Notes under the pieces: model-generated
What the model was told of the DNA's origin: nothing
Seen by the model: only the letters and a program-made list of their open reading frames with translations
Databases searched by the model: none
Shown here: piece by piece, positions 30,850-44,681 of the stretch
Layout of the letters: the number at the start of each line of letters is the position of its first letter
How positions within the stretch are numbered: position 1 is the first letter of the stretch
Source: Chrysomallon squamiferum
Lineage: Eukaryota; Animalia; Mollusca
Assembly: GCA_012295275.1 (NCBI GenBank)
Contig: CM022678.1
Location: forward strand, 5,208,001 to 5,272,000
DNA: 64,000 nucleotides
Direction: 5' to 3'
Translations under genes and position numbers: made by a program

Positions 30850-31110
30850 TTGCTTTTTACAGACAAACGACTTTCTTATGTTTCCTTTCCTAGACGTATC
30901 TGAGAGATTTCGATATTTCCTTGTGTGGTGACGATCCTGAAAAGCCAGAAAGATTTTTCTTTGATCTTGAATTCAGCAGACCTGACTTCTTCAGTACTGA
31001 CACTCTCACCTATCACATCAGGCTCTTCTCCAGAAGGACCTAACTGAAGGCTTTCAACCTTGAGCACAGAATATCTCTTTAAAACTCCCGCTTTCTCAGC
31101 CCCAGCCAAG
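30850..31110 (-). pseudogene. Inverted fragment F4 of family 3' coding end
   Basis: ORF 30876-31109: SVLKVESLQLGPSGEEPDVIGESVSTEEVRSAEFKIKEKSFWLFRIVTTQGNIEISQIRLGKET*. Confidence 0.88.
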
Positions 31111-31831
31111 AGAGAAAGTTGCTACGTATAACCAAGTGATTTATTTGATATTCTTTTCAAGTAAATAATACCAATCAACTATCTATATTTGGAGGGAGGG
31201 GAGAATGAGGTTATTTTACAGATATTTACTAATTTCTGTTTTTATTTGATTTGTATCCCGTGACATCGAGAAGCATTTAAAATATATTCATAAAACATAG
31301 CTATTGATCCTTTCATAAATAACTTTTTTCCTTAAACAAATCCCACGCCCATCGGTCTGTGATTTGAACCAGTCTAAAACAACCTATAAATACAGTGTAC
31401 AGACTAAACACGCCCAGGTTTGATTAATGCTATTCAGTCAATGCCCGAGTTTTAGTGATTTGAAAACAATGTGTCAGTTACGTCCGATTCACACGCTTCT
31501 AAAACATTGTTTTATCTATGAAACAGATGTCTGATCTATTTCTATAAAACACTATCTGATTGAAAATTAAATTTATCGGAATATACTGTCGTGAAACAAA
31601 TTAAATTAGCATATGTTATAGTCTTCGTCAGAAACCCGTTCAAAAAAGGCCACGTAGTGTGAAATCAATTCAATTATTTTGATTGATTTTACTTCCAGCA
31701 AATTATCTTAGTTCTGTTTATTGATTTCTAAACCAAAGAAATATAACTTTCAAGGTTGTAGATAACCAAATGTTCCAACTACAAGCTGTGATTCGTAACA
31801 GAAACAAGTTTCAAACTGATTTGAATGTTTT

Positions 31832-31901
31832 TATAAATTGAATACAGTCAATAAACTCTTCACTGCTGAACAGAATCGCAGAAATACCAAGCGGGTCAAA
31901 G
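31832..31901 (+). promoter_or_regulatory. G4 TATA box, initiator and non-coding first exon
   Basis: TATAAA at 31832, TCACT with its A at 31862 (+30), donor AAAG|GTACGT at 31901/31902. Confidence 0.68.
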
Positions 31902-32328
31902 GTACGTCAAGTCATATCTCATTTTATTCAGAATTAAGACATTATTGATATGAAATGTCTTCAAAGTTTATTCAAAATTGCTTTTGTCTCTTGAGACAGA
32001 GAGAGAGGTAGATGAAGAGAATCAATTATCAGTTTCAGTTTTCAATATGCATTTGATAGTCATCTTTAAAAATCGTTGTTACTTATTCCAAAAATGTATA
32101 GATTACAAAACTGATCTGGTTTATTTTGCTAATATCCACTTTACTGTACTAAAATTATTACAAAATCGAAACACTGCTAATAGAAAAGAAAAGAAACAGT
32201 TATTAGCAGTAGGCAATTCGACATTAATCTGTATTAAAACTCCTTCCAGCTCAACAGTCAAATTTGTGTGTTTGGTGTTTTCTGTTCGAGTTTGGCCGAT
32301 ATGGCAGTGAAATAGTTTCGTTTTCTGT

Positions 32329-32407
<79 letters not shown>

Positions 32408-32670
32408 AAACTTTCTGACACCAATTTACCCTGTCAACGACCTCCTGTAGAACTATCCGAACATCCGAGAAACGTCAACGACGACGTGCTTCCAGACAGA
32501 CCATTTTGTTTCAAATTGACATTTTAGTCAGGTACAACTAACGCAATTCGTTAATAAACAAAAATTTGTGTTTTAGGAACCATTATTATTATTCAAAAGC
32601 AACACATTTTATACAATGTGCACGCTCAAGACTCTATTGTTGCTTATCACTTGTTAAACAAACCAGCAAA

Positions 32671-32701
<31 letters not shown>

Positions 32702-32839
32702 AGTACAAACCTAAATAGTATAACAGTATTGCGCTATTCCTTAACTGCTACGTTTATGTACATTGTTTTAGTTCATTCTTTAAGTTAAATTCATTATATC
32801 TGAATACCCACTTTTACTGTCTTTCACTTCCAGTTTCAT

Positions 32840-32927
32840 ATGATGTTTTCTACTACAGTCCTCTTACACTATGTGGTATTCATTATTGCTATTGTACCAA
32901 CAGCCATGACTATTCCAACTACATGTG
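32840..32927 (+). CDS. G4: signal-peptide exon (MMFSTTVLLHYVVFIIAIVPTAMTIPTTC)
   Basis: ATG at 32840, donor TGTG|GTATGT, 88 nt, phase 1 and in frame with the exon at 34183. Confidence 0.88.
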
Positions 32928-33133
32928 GTATGTATATGTATTTAGTTTACGTTCAAATTTTCCACAGTAAAATTTTCAAACAGCTTTTACCACGTCTAAT
33001 ATGTATGAATATTTAGCTCATATCTAAAATCATCAGTTTTCTTAATTTGTGTTTATATTTTCAATTACTTTTATTGTTTTTAATATTATTATTATTATTG
33101 TTATTACTATTATTATTATTATTATTATTATTC

Positions 33134-33168
<35 letters not shown>

Positions 33169-33684
33169 GTTGTTGTTGTTGTTATTATTATTATTATAAT
33201 TTCCAGAATTTAGCTGGTCAAAACAAAGAAAATATTGACTGTACCGATTAACTATTAAACTACTAACTACAATAACTCTTGAGAATAATTTTGTTTCTAT
33301 AAATAATAAAGTTTCTATATATTAAACAATCCAAAAACTGTAATCTATACCACTCCGAAGAAATTTCGCATATGTAACCTTCAGAGACTGCGGATTTTTG
33401 AATATGAGATCCTAAACCTATCAAACTTCATTTTACTCTGAAATCATCTTTAAAGAAGTTTGGATAATCTTTTTAGTATAAGTAATGTCTGTAGCAATTT
33501 AACTCAAGACTTTATAACATACTGTGTTAAGTATGCATCATGTACTATACAAAGAATATCGATGAAGGTTTACACCAAGCCTGTGACTCGTATAAGGTGC
33601 TATTATTTCTTCAACCTGCAATCTGCGTGCAATATGCTTGAATATACAGTTTAACTGTTAAACATTCAAACGCCTTAACTTCAC

Positions 33685-34145
33685 TGTGCCCGCAGTCTGT
33701 ACGGATTAATAAGGGATAAAGTAATACCGCAGATGACTTACTAAGAAATGTTTGCAAAGAATGTCAGAGTAGAGTAGATTGAACCTCCCGGCAGCAAAGT
33801 GTGGAACTATTTCAGAACAAATGGTGCCGGGACTACGAATCACGTTGATGGCTGGCATTCAAAACTGAAGACGATAGGCAGCAGTTCTCCCAACATTTTT
33901 TTAAATTCATAAATGTGCTTAAGAGAGAACAGGCCTTTGTTGAAGCTGCAGTTTTACAATTACGATCTGCTGAATGGTGGCAACTTGACTTTGACATACG
34001 CCAACAGCAAAGGCTTCCCGTGACAGGACAGAAATCTGCAACAGAATATGCTGATTCCGCGTCCCATGTTGCTGGCCTCTGTAATGCTATAAGTCCGTTG
34101 TTGGTATTTTTGGGAAATAAACTATACTGTAATAGCCTATTGCTT
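33685..34145 (+). mobile_element. MULE/Mutator-like transposase remnant inserted in the G4 intron
   Basis: From 33799 it translates VWNYFRTNGAGTTNHVDGWHSKLKTIGSSSPNIF/KFINVLKREQ, matching the WN...TNNxxEGWH...HPNI..FI..LK.EQ C-terminal motif of animal MULE transposases. It is absent from the equivalent intron of G3 and G6. Confidence 0.75.
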
Positions 34146-34182
34146 CTCTTACAAATACATTACAAGTAATATTATTTTTCAG

Positions 34183-35744
34183 ACACATGTGACAGTCAAT
34201 GGTACAAGATCTACGAGAACGACGACAAAGGTGATACGATTAGCGGATCTCTGGATGATCTTATGCTTGCTGTGGATAACGCTGCTTCAATTAGGTTTCT
34301 GATTCCATCGTGGGGCACTGAAGGCTATGCTGCAGATACAGCTTTTTATTATTTTGACGGATTCCAGATTTGTTCAATGTCTCGAACGCATATGAGAAAC
34401 AATTTCTCAAGCACCTTTCCAGATGATTTCTATCTTCGCTTCTATTTAGTTTGCTCGTCGGGATATTATGCGGAACTGTACTACAAAGTGGACACGAACG
34501 AATGGATAGAGACGAACGTTTCTACTGAGGGAATCCAATGGTTTACTAAGAAGTCCTCATGTCGCCTGCTTCTTTCTCCTACCGAGTTTACCGAAGAAAC
34601 AATAAAGGAAAGCAAAACGGCGCTTACTGACTCTGTGCTAAACGGTCATGACATTACAGTTTCTTTCTACGAATACAAATTCGGTCTTTATGCCACTGAA
34701 ATTACTACTGATGAAAACATATTAGCTCACCAATCAATTTTTCCTGACCTTGAATTTTTCATCGTTCTTGTTCAGCCTTTTTGGTTGGTCGTCGATATAT
34801 CAGCTCAGCAATTTAACAACACTAATTTTGTTTTTACTAATTTCTACCCACTACAGAACAGCACTGTTACAGAACTATCACAGTGGCATGCGGACACTTG
34901 CTGGCGACACGTATTAACCCACGACGAAGATGGAAAAGAACGAGATGGGTCTCTGTCTGAACTCGTTTCTGCCGTTCAAAGTGGACACAGAGTGAAGATT
35001 GTCATGGGAAACTATTCAACAGACACAAATAACGTAAGGACGAAGTCGGGACATGTCTCCGTACAACTTCTGAATGGTTTGTATGAAAGTCTGAGTAATA
35101 CAGTAGAAACGGAAATGATTAGGCACCTGCAGATAGCGCACACGACTGGGACGGTTAACAGGCGAACACTCCTCTTCGTTAATGGTACTTCTGTTGATGA
35201 AACAATGGAAAAGAAAACAATCAGCTGGTTTGTAGACACGCGACCATGGACGAAGACTTTATCAACGAACAAAAATGGTGATCTAACGTTTGGATCGAAG
35301 TTCGAGCTGAAGAAAGCAATACAAAATGGAGCTCAGGTTCGAGTGGCGCTGCAGGTAGACTATGACAACGTCAACGCAAACAGTCCAAGTAAAAGACATG
35401 TTGGCTGGTGGGAGACAGGCGGTCATTCTTGGTGGGGCAGACACCGCGGATCTGCTGGAAATCAAGGCAGTTCTAATGACTGTGTGGAAAAAGGATGGTT
35501 GGTGTTCAAGGCAGACAGTCTTCAGCTAGGTCCTTCTGAAGAAATTTCTGCCGAGCTAGGCGAGAGTGTCAGTACTGAAGAAGTCGGGTCTGCTGAATTC
35601 AAAATCAAAGATAAACCTTTCTGGCGTTTCAGGATCGTCACGACACAAGGAAATGTCGACATCTCTCAGGTTCGTGTAGGGAAGGAAACAAACGAAGGAC
35701 ACTTCTCTGTAAAACAAGCTATGAACTGGTTTGTCAACTATTAA
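34183..35744 (+). CDS. G4: large coding exon of secreted four-repeat protein (spliced product ~549 aa)
   Basis: Acceptor tttttcag| at 34182. The frame TCDSQWYKIYENDDKGDTISGSLDDL continues into the 493-aa ORF, ends WFVNY*, and has AATAAA at ~35779. Confidence 0.93.
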
Positions 35745-37360
35745 CTTTAAAAACCAGTTACAAAATGCCTAAGATAGTAATAAAACAAATACAAAATATT
35801 TGTTTTCAATGTTGTATTTTTTATCCAAGCTCTTTTCTTCGGAAGCATCATCATTATGGTCATACTTAAAACAATAGATATTCTATCAGGTGACTGCTAC
35901 AAAACCAAATAATTAATTCCCATTCTGTTTAGTCGTAGAGAAGACTTTCACTGATTATTAGCCTTCTAAATTTGAATAATTTAATCCTTTTTTTTTTTTT
36001 TATTTGCTCTTGAGATCCCCCTCATTCTCAATGCCAACCAGATACGCAGACATCCGTACATGTAGAAAACGCTTAATTATTTCTTCTATATTTGTTTTTA
36101 AAGGCAAAGTGTGAATCAGTGTAAATTGGTCTACAGAAGGAAACCTTACACATCAAGAAAATAATATGCGGCACTGGTAATCCATCAAAATATGCAAATT
36201 CTTTAGTTTAATGAGATATTCAAATATTTGCTTTGCGTTGAATTTGATTTAGTTAGGCACAGTCTATTCATTTAACTGATTTTATCTTATGTTCTATTAT
36301 TTTATTTTACTTGATAGTATATAATGAAATAGATTATTTTGAGAAATTTAAAACTGATAGAAAACTGACATTGGTGGACATGAAAACTAGATACTGTCAC
36401 ATGATTTGTCACCAGATATCTGATATCTAATCATCGTACCAAAATTCACACCATCGAGACATTTTTTCATTCTATGCACCTGACAATCACATTTTGAGCT
36501 AATCAGACACAAAGTCCAAGTATATTACACAGACTGGACGGGTCCAGCCCTTCCACATAGCTGCTCAGTGTTTTGAAAATAATCCAGTAAAATCAAACAG
36601 TTTGTACGTGTCGATTCACACGTTCCTAAATATTGATCATCCCTGAGTCAGATGTTTTATCTATCTGAGATTGGAAACTAACGTTATCAGATTATAATGT
36701 AGTGAAATAAATTAAATTAACATCTGTCACAGGCTTGCTGGTGAATGTTTTGTACTGAACAACATTTAACTCTGGAAAGGTCACTAATTAACAAAAATCG
36801 GACATTTTAATTGATTTGGAGAAGAGAAAAAGGAGAAAAGACAGAACGAAGAAAAAAGAGGAATTACAATGAAAACAATTAATCTGTTGAAACTATTCAA
36901 ACTGATTTCAAACCGAGCATGTAGAATGTCTTTCAGAAGAAAAAAAGAAAATAAACAAAATATTGACTTGTCTCTGTTTCATATACAATTTATTTTTTTC
37001 TTTCTAAATAACTTCAATAAATCATGATTAGCCTCAATATGATCAACATTTAGCATCCGTGCATCATTTGAAATCTGAGCCTGCTAGGTGTAAACATAAT
37101 TTAGAATTCTTTGTGATATTAAAACAAACAAATAAATAAATAAATAAATGAAAAGAATCATACATAACAGAACAGTTTTTAAACATAACAAATTAAATAA
37201 TCTATAATCTGGACTATTTGTACTGGAGAGATCGATATTCTGTTATTCTTTCCTTCCACTTTATTATAAAATTATACTATTATTTAATAGCTTTGTATCC
37301 CATTTATTAATAATCATTTAGAATGTCTTCTGGTAGATGATACCAATTAAAGACCGTAAT

Positions 37361-37578
37361 TATTCGTAGATAAACTCATCCCTCGTTATAGGTAATTAAC
37401 ACGAGAAGAAAAGGTAAAAAGGTTTGTGAAAAAAGGTGTATACAGAAATACCTCCTATTCCCTCCCTCTCAGAATATAACTTCTGTTATTCGTAGATAAA
37501 CTCATCCCTCTTTATAGGTAATTAACACGAGAGAAAACACCTCCTATTCCCTCCATCTCAGAATATAACTTCTGTTAT
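37361..37578 (+). repeat. Short tandem duplication (~90-125 bp units)
   Basis: tattcgtagataaactcatccctc...ggtaattaacacgaga...cctcctattccctcc.tctcagaatataacttctgttat occurs twice in tandem. Confidence 0.75.
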
Positions 37579-37737
37579 AGTACAGTGTACCTGGCTGGTA
37601 AAAAATTTAGCATTAAGTTCTCCTGTGTAATATATACACCAAACACTTCAGTCTAAAAATTTCTTGACAGGTATTTGTTATACGTAAGTAAATATGATAA
37701 TCTCTTAAGGGCAGGCTTCTTTTAACGTGTTTGTGTT

Positions 37738-37779
<42 letters not shown>

Positions 37780-37938
37780 TGCCCGCGCGAGTGCCAGCGT
37801 GTGTGATTGTGTGTCTACATGTATTTGTAGTATGTGTGTGTGTTATAACATTTTATTTTATTTTATTTTTGTCAGTTCGCTTTTTTAAAATAAAGACAAG
37901 AGAACTAAATAATAAACAAAACCCATTATTCATACATA

Positions 37939-37982
<44 letters not shown>

Positions 37983-38377
37983 CTTGAAATCCTTTAAATT
38001 CCGATTTCACGTTCTATATATATATATATGTAAACCTTAACGTTTTACATTATATTCCTACTTTATTACTATGAAAGGTTGAAAGATTCAAATTAATTTG
38101 CTTTTTGTGAACTGATTCATCAATCGAACAATAATATTTCAGAACTATGGTTAGTTTATTTTAAACCGAATGTTACAACCACAACCAGCGATTTAACACA
38201 AAAAAATTATGAATTCATTTAAATATATATATTCTTCATCAATATAATACCGTCAATAAATTTGTCACTTTTGAAGAGAATCGCAAATAAAAGGAGTAAG
38301 TCGAAAAAGTAACCTCTAACTCATATCTTATTTTGTACAGAGTAAAATATAATTTTTCTCTCCACACACCCAGACAA

Positions 38378-38636
<259 letters not shown>

Positions 38637-39007
38637 TTTTTTTTTTTTTTTTTTCTGTTGTTTTCTATTCAGTTTGCTTTATAAGTTCATTATCCAGAAA
38701 CCTCTGTTTCGTATTTCAATAGCAGCTTCCTAAAGAGAGCCAATTGCAATTTTTAGTTATAAGTTTTCAAGTCTCTGATCCATGATTATCTTTTAATATT
38801 TATAATACTGATTACCAATATTTTAGAAATAGTAAAAACGCCTGGAATAAAATAAAGTAAAACCTAGAATACAGGTTTGCATTATTTTGAATATGTCCAT
38901 GTTTTCTAGTATTTTTTATTTCTTTCTGTATCTATTTATTTATCTATTTATTAGTATTTTTATTGATATTATTATCATTAATATTATGATCATCATTATT
39001 ATTATTA

Positions 39008-39047
<40 letters not shown>

Positions 39048-39208
39048 CCTCATTATTATCGTTCTTATCATTAATTTTCACTCTATTCTGTTAATAAAAA
39101 AAAAAAATGTCGAATATTATTATTATCATTTGTTAGATTCTTATTTTAATTATTATTATAATTTAATATTTTCACTGATTTTCATTATCATTTTACTTTT
39201 TTGTCCTT

Positions 39209-39255
<47 letters not shown>

Positions 39256-39710
39256 TTTCTCATAATTTTGAGTGCCAGGGTGAGATAAATACGCAACCAG
39301 TTTGGTACAAATGTCCTGACATTTTAACAAATATGAATGCTGAATATGTAATCAATAACACTGACCATATTTACTTTTATTTTAGTTATTATATTTTTAA
39401 TGATAGAGTGATATATATATATATATATATATTTTGTGCAGAAACATGCATACCCAGAGTTATGCACACCCTTGCTAACACACACAAGGGAAATAACTCT
39501 CGTCGCTCTTCACAGGAAAGTAAAATCGTGGATGCAAGAAATAAATAATATTTCAAGGGAACTAACTCCATTATTTATAAGTGCATATTTATACTGTCCT
39601 TAGTTGTATATCTATGGAACGTTTATCACTAGTCGTTTATTTCATCCAACGAATTTAACCATTCTGATTTTGTGGAAATTTTATATATAATCCTTGTTTG
39701 ATTTATTTAC

Positions 39711-39773
<63 letters not shown>

Positions 39774-40109
39774 TCTCTGTTTGACTGTGAATCTGTATAT
39801 GTTACTCTGTATCCGAACGTATTTGTTCGTCTGTACGTTTGTAAGGATTCAAATATTTGTTTCCTGAACAGAATAATCGCAATTAATTATTTTTCTTTTC
39901 TTTCATTTAAGATAGTCATACACACACACACACACACAGAGAGAGAGAAACATAAAAGTAACTCACGCGCACACAACTTCACATACATTTACAAAAATAA
40001 ATAAGTAAAGAAAAAATTAAAGAACAAACAAAGAAGGAAACAGTTTGAAATGCAAATAACAAGATGACGACTGAGCGAATAGCATTACTTGTCAAACAAG
40101 ATGACACCT

Positions 40110-40370
40110 TGTTTTTCACAGACAAAAGTGTTTCTTATGTTTCCTTTGCTACAGTAATCTCAGAGATTTCGATAGTTGCTTGTGTCGTTACGATCCTGAT
40201 CAACCATCAAGGTTCCTCTTTGATCCTGAATACAGCACACCAGATTTCTTTCGTACTGTCGTTCTGACCCATCAAATTAGAAACGTCTCCAGAACGACGT
40301 AACTGAAGGCTTTCTCCCCTCAGGACAGACCATGTCTTTAAAACTCCTGCTTTCTCAGCCCCAGCCAAGA
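40110..40370 (-). pseudogene. Inverted fragment F5 of family 3' coding end
   Basis: Minus strand AGAEKAGVLKTWSVLRGESLQLRRSGDVSNLMGQNDSTKEIWCAVFRIKEEP*WLIRIVTTQATIEIS. It is closest to F3. Confidence 0.82.
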
Positions 40371-41881
40371 GAGAAAGTGACTATGTGTAATCAAGCAATT
40401 TATATGATATCCTTTTCAAGTAAATAATACCAATCAACTATCTATATTTAGTGGGAGGGGAGAATGAGGTTATTTTACAGATATTCACTGATTTTTGTTT
40501 TCTTCTTCATTTTCACCCCCTGTAATCTAGAAGCATTTAAAATATATTCATAAAACATAGCTATTGATCCTTTCAGAAATAAGTTTTCTTTCATCAAATC
40601 TGACGCCCATCAATCTGTAATTTGAACCAATCTAAAACAAGGTTCAAATATAGAGTACAGACTGGACACGCCCAGACCTGCTAAGTGCTATTCAGTCACT
40701 GACAGATTTTAATGATACAAAAATAATTTGTAAGTTAAGATCGAATCGAAAGCTCCTGAAATATTTGATATCAATGAGCCAGAGGTTTAGTGTACTTTCA
40801 AAGAACTATATTTGATTGGAAATTAAATTCATCCGAATATACTGTCGTGAAATAAATTAAATTAGCATCTGTTTCAGGCTTGTTGAGAAAACAATTTAAA
40901 AAAAGGCCACATAGTGTGTTTTCAATTGAACTGAAGAAATTATTTTGATAAGTTTTAAATCCAGCATGTAGTCTAACCTATAAAATAAAATCAAAGTAAA
41001 AATAAATAAATTTCGTGATAGAATACACTAATAAAATTAATTTCGGACGAATTTCGTCTAACACGTATTTCATTCAACAAACACACTTGATGTAAGATAA
41101 ACTAATTTTCAATTCTCTTTCATATTTGTTATAAAGTCAGTATTTAACTACGATTTCGGCCACCCATGTCTTTCAAAATGTTTAACTTTTCTTGAAACGT
41201 GACCAGAGTCAAACACGTATATAAATGACATTCCACCAATTGATTACTATGTATATTCGATTACAAAATGCACCATTAGTTATGGGCAATTAATTCCTAG
41301 AAACAAAACTATTGTTCATGTAAAAAACGTACAATTTTGTTTTTGTATCGTTTCAGATGTGGACATCCACAAAATAGTCCATATCGCAATAAGAAATACG
41401 AAGTAAAACAATATTTGTTTATAGAAATACACTGGCTAGTGTTTACTCAAGCTACTAATGTTACACACACACTCACACAAACATACACAAAACTACAGAA
41501 ACACACACGCACATAGACACAAATACACAAACACAAACACAAAAGCATACACTCAAATACAAACACACACACACACACACAAAGAGAAAACATTCTATAA
41601 TAATGTACCATATAATTCTGTACGTGCAAAATACGCATGAAACACTTTAAGATGAAAATCTGTGAGAATGTGTTATAATCTATTATAAACGAATACATAC
41701 GGAAATCCTAAATGGGCAAGTTTCTATCAAATTAATGAAAACTTTGCAATTGGGATCACAGATACCTTCACTACTTACCTAAGTTTGTTATCGATCAACT
41801 TACCTATGTTTGTTTGATTTCTAACAAAAACAAGTTTCAAACTGCTTTTGAGTTTGCTATAAACTGAATACAGTCAGTAAA

Positions 41882-43318
41882 CGTGGAGCACTGAAGGCTA
41901 TGCTGCAGATACAGCTTTTTATTATAATGACGGACTCCAGATTTGTTCAATGTCTCGAACGCGTATGAGAAACAATTTCTCAAGCACCTTTCCAGATGAT
42001 CTCTATCTTCGCTTCTATTTAGTTTGCTCGTCGGGATATTATGCGGAACTGTACTACAAAGTGGACACGAACGAATGGACACAGTCCAACTTCTCTCCTG
42101 AGGGAATCCAATGGTTTACTAAGAAGTCCTCATGTCGCCAGCTTCTTTCTCCTACCGAGTTTACCGAAGAAGCAATAAAGGAAAGCAAAACGGCGCTTAC
42201 TGACTCTGTGCTAAAGGGTCATGACATTACAATTTCTCACTACGAATACAAATTCCGTCCTTATGCCACTGAAATTACTACTGATGAAAACATATTAGCT
42301 CACCAATCAATTTCTCCTGACCTTAAATTTTTCTTCGATCTTGTTCAGCCTCTTTGGTTGGTCTTCGATATATCAGCTCAGCAATTTCACAACACTAATT
42401 TTGTTTTTTCTACTTTCTACCCACTAGAGAACAGCACTGTTACAGAACTATCACAGTGGCATGCGGACACTTGCTGGCGACACGTATTAACCCACGGACG
42501 AAGATGGAAAAGAACGAGATGGGTCTCTGTCTGAACTCGTTTCTGCCGTTCAAAGTGGACACAGAGTGAAGATTGTCATGGGAAACTATTCAACAGAAGC
42601 AAATAACGTAAGGACGAAGTCGGGACATGTCTCCGTACAACTTCTGAATGGTTTGTATGAAAGTCTGAGTAATACAGTAGAAACGCAAATGATTAGACAC
42701 CTGCAGATAGCGAACACGACTGGGACGGTTAACAGGCGAACACTCCTCTTCGTTAATGGTACTTCTGTTGATGAAACAATGGAAAAGAAAACAATCAGCT
42801 GGTTTGTGGACACGCGACCATGGACGAAGATTTTATCAACGAACAAAAATGGTGATGTAACATTTGGATCGAAGTTCGAGTTGAAGAAAGCAATACAAAA
42901 TGGAGCTCAGGTTCGTGTGGCGCTGCAGGAAGACTATGACAACGTCAACGCAAACAGCCCAAGTAAAAGACATGTTGGCTGGTGGGAGACAGGCGGTCAT
43001 TCTTGGTGGGGCAGACACCGCGGATCGGCTGCAAGTCATGGCAGTTCTAATGACTGTATGGAAAAAGGATGGTTGGTGTTCAAGGCAGACAGTCTTCAGC
43101 TAGGTCCTTCTGGAGACGTTTCTGCCGAGCTAGGTGAGAGTGTCAGTAGTGAAGAAGTCGGGTCTGCTGAATTCCAGTTCAAAGATGACCCTTTCTGGCG
43201 TTTCGGGATCGTCACGACACAAGGAAATGTCGAAGTCTCTCAGATTCGTGTAGGGAAGGACACCAACGAAGGACACTTCTCTGTAAAACAAGCTATGAAA
43301 TGGTTTGTCAAGTACTGA
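41882..43318 (+). pseudogene. G5: G4-like copy lacking signal exon and start of large exon, with a frameshift
   Basis: Homology to G4 begins abruptly at cgtg|gagcactgaaggc (WSTEGYAAD). An extra G at 42496-42497 (cacggacgaa vs cacgacgaa) splits it into ORFs 41950-42534 and 42566-43318. It ends WFVKY*. Confidence 0.88.
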
Positions 43319-43990
43319 CTTAGAAAACGGCTCACAAGTTACTCAGAATAATAATAAAATGAATACAAAATATTTATTTTCTATCTTTTAATTTTTATTC
43401 ATCGACATTATGGTCATAATTAAATAATTAATTCGCATTCTCTTCACTGAAAAGACGTTCCTGAATAATACTCGTGTACAGTTTAATAATTCAACATTTC
43501 TCCTTTTTCTCTTGAAATCCGGTTCACTCTTAAAGCCACACAAACACGCTGATGTACGTACATGTAGAATAAGGTTAAATTATTTTTTTTTTTTTTTTTT
43601 TTTTTATTTTTTAATAAAAAATAAACTAATTTTTTTTTTCTTCCTGATAACACCAATTTTCTCACACTTCTACCAGTATCCTGTTTTCTTGAAATACCTC
43701 AGTGCTGTTCTAGAATAACTGAAACTGGAACTTTTAGTCCAGTTAATTAATTAGTTAGTTAATAGGTTTTTATTTTCGTACGCCTTTCTCGTGCGCTGTG
43801 AGTGCGTTACATATTCTCTCTGGGTAATGCGAGTATGTTTAACTTTTTTAAAGTTCTGATTCTCCTGCTAAAATGTTGTCAAATCTGACGTAGAGGAAGG
43901 TCAATAATTAATTGTGTTAAAATGAGCAACAACAACAACAACAACAACAACAATAATAATAATAATAATAATAACAATAATAATAAGGAC

Positions 43991-44026
<36 letters not shown>

Positions 44027-44184
44027 TTCGACATCAAAGGATTAAACCTATTAGGCTATACAAACGGTGAATAAGTGTAAGTTTCTCTACACAGTTTACA
44101 AATCGTTAAAATTATATATTATTTTCTGAGATTCCTAAATGTATGTATATAAGTAGCACTTATAAAATTCATATTCATATTTAG

Positions 44185-44681
44185 GGCTAAATGCAATCTA
44201 AACCGATATAGAAATCTGGGGAATGCACGTGACGTTTCACTGCGGCAAGATCTGAAACATGAACCCTTTTTGTAACAAACCCTGAAAGTGTAGAATATCT
44301 CCCAGTGAATGAATGAAAAAAAAAAAAAAAAATGAACGTGCTAATCAGACAGAGCAAGCTTTTGTGAAGCACGTCTAAGACGGGCACGCTTTCTGACAGG
44401 TCAGCGGGCGTGTCCATCGCAGAAAAGAGTGTTTGGGTAAGGTAAGAGAATGGGTTCTCGTTACGATTGCAGGACACAAGGGAGTGTCCAGCATATCGGA
44501 TCGTAACGAGTCATATCTCCCAGTTATATCTTTTTATATTTATACTTGGAAGATGTTGCGTCGGGGACTAGAAAACGACCAATCAGAATGTAGCACGTTT
44601 CGAAAACTCGATCTTTTCTCGCAGTGTTCCGTAGATACAGCGAACAGTCAAAATATTTGATTAATTTTTTAACGTCTAGCC
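44185..44681. mobile_element. Possible non-autonomous DNA transposon (GC-richer insert)
   Basis: A ~500 bp GC-richer island bounded by GGCTA...TAGCC with an internal gaccaatcagaat motif. The terminal repeat match is short. Confidence 0.25.

Noticed and set aside
32420-32530. GC-richer patch in the first intron of G4 as a retroelement fragment
   Set aside because: It is too short and has no recognisable protein motif in the frames I read.
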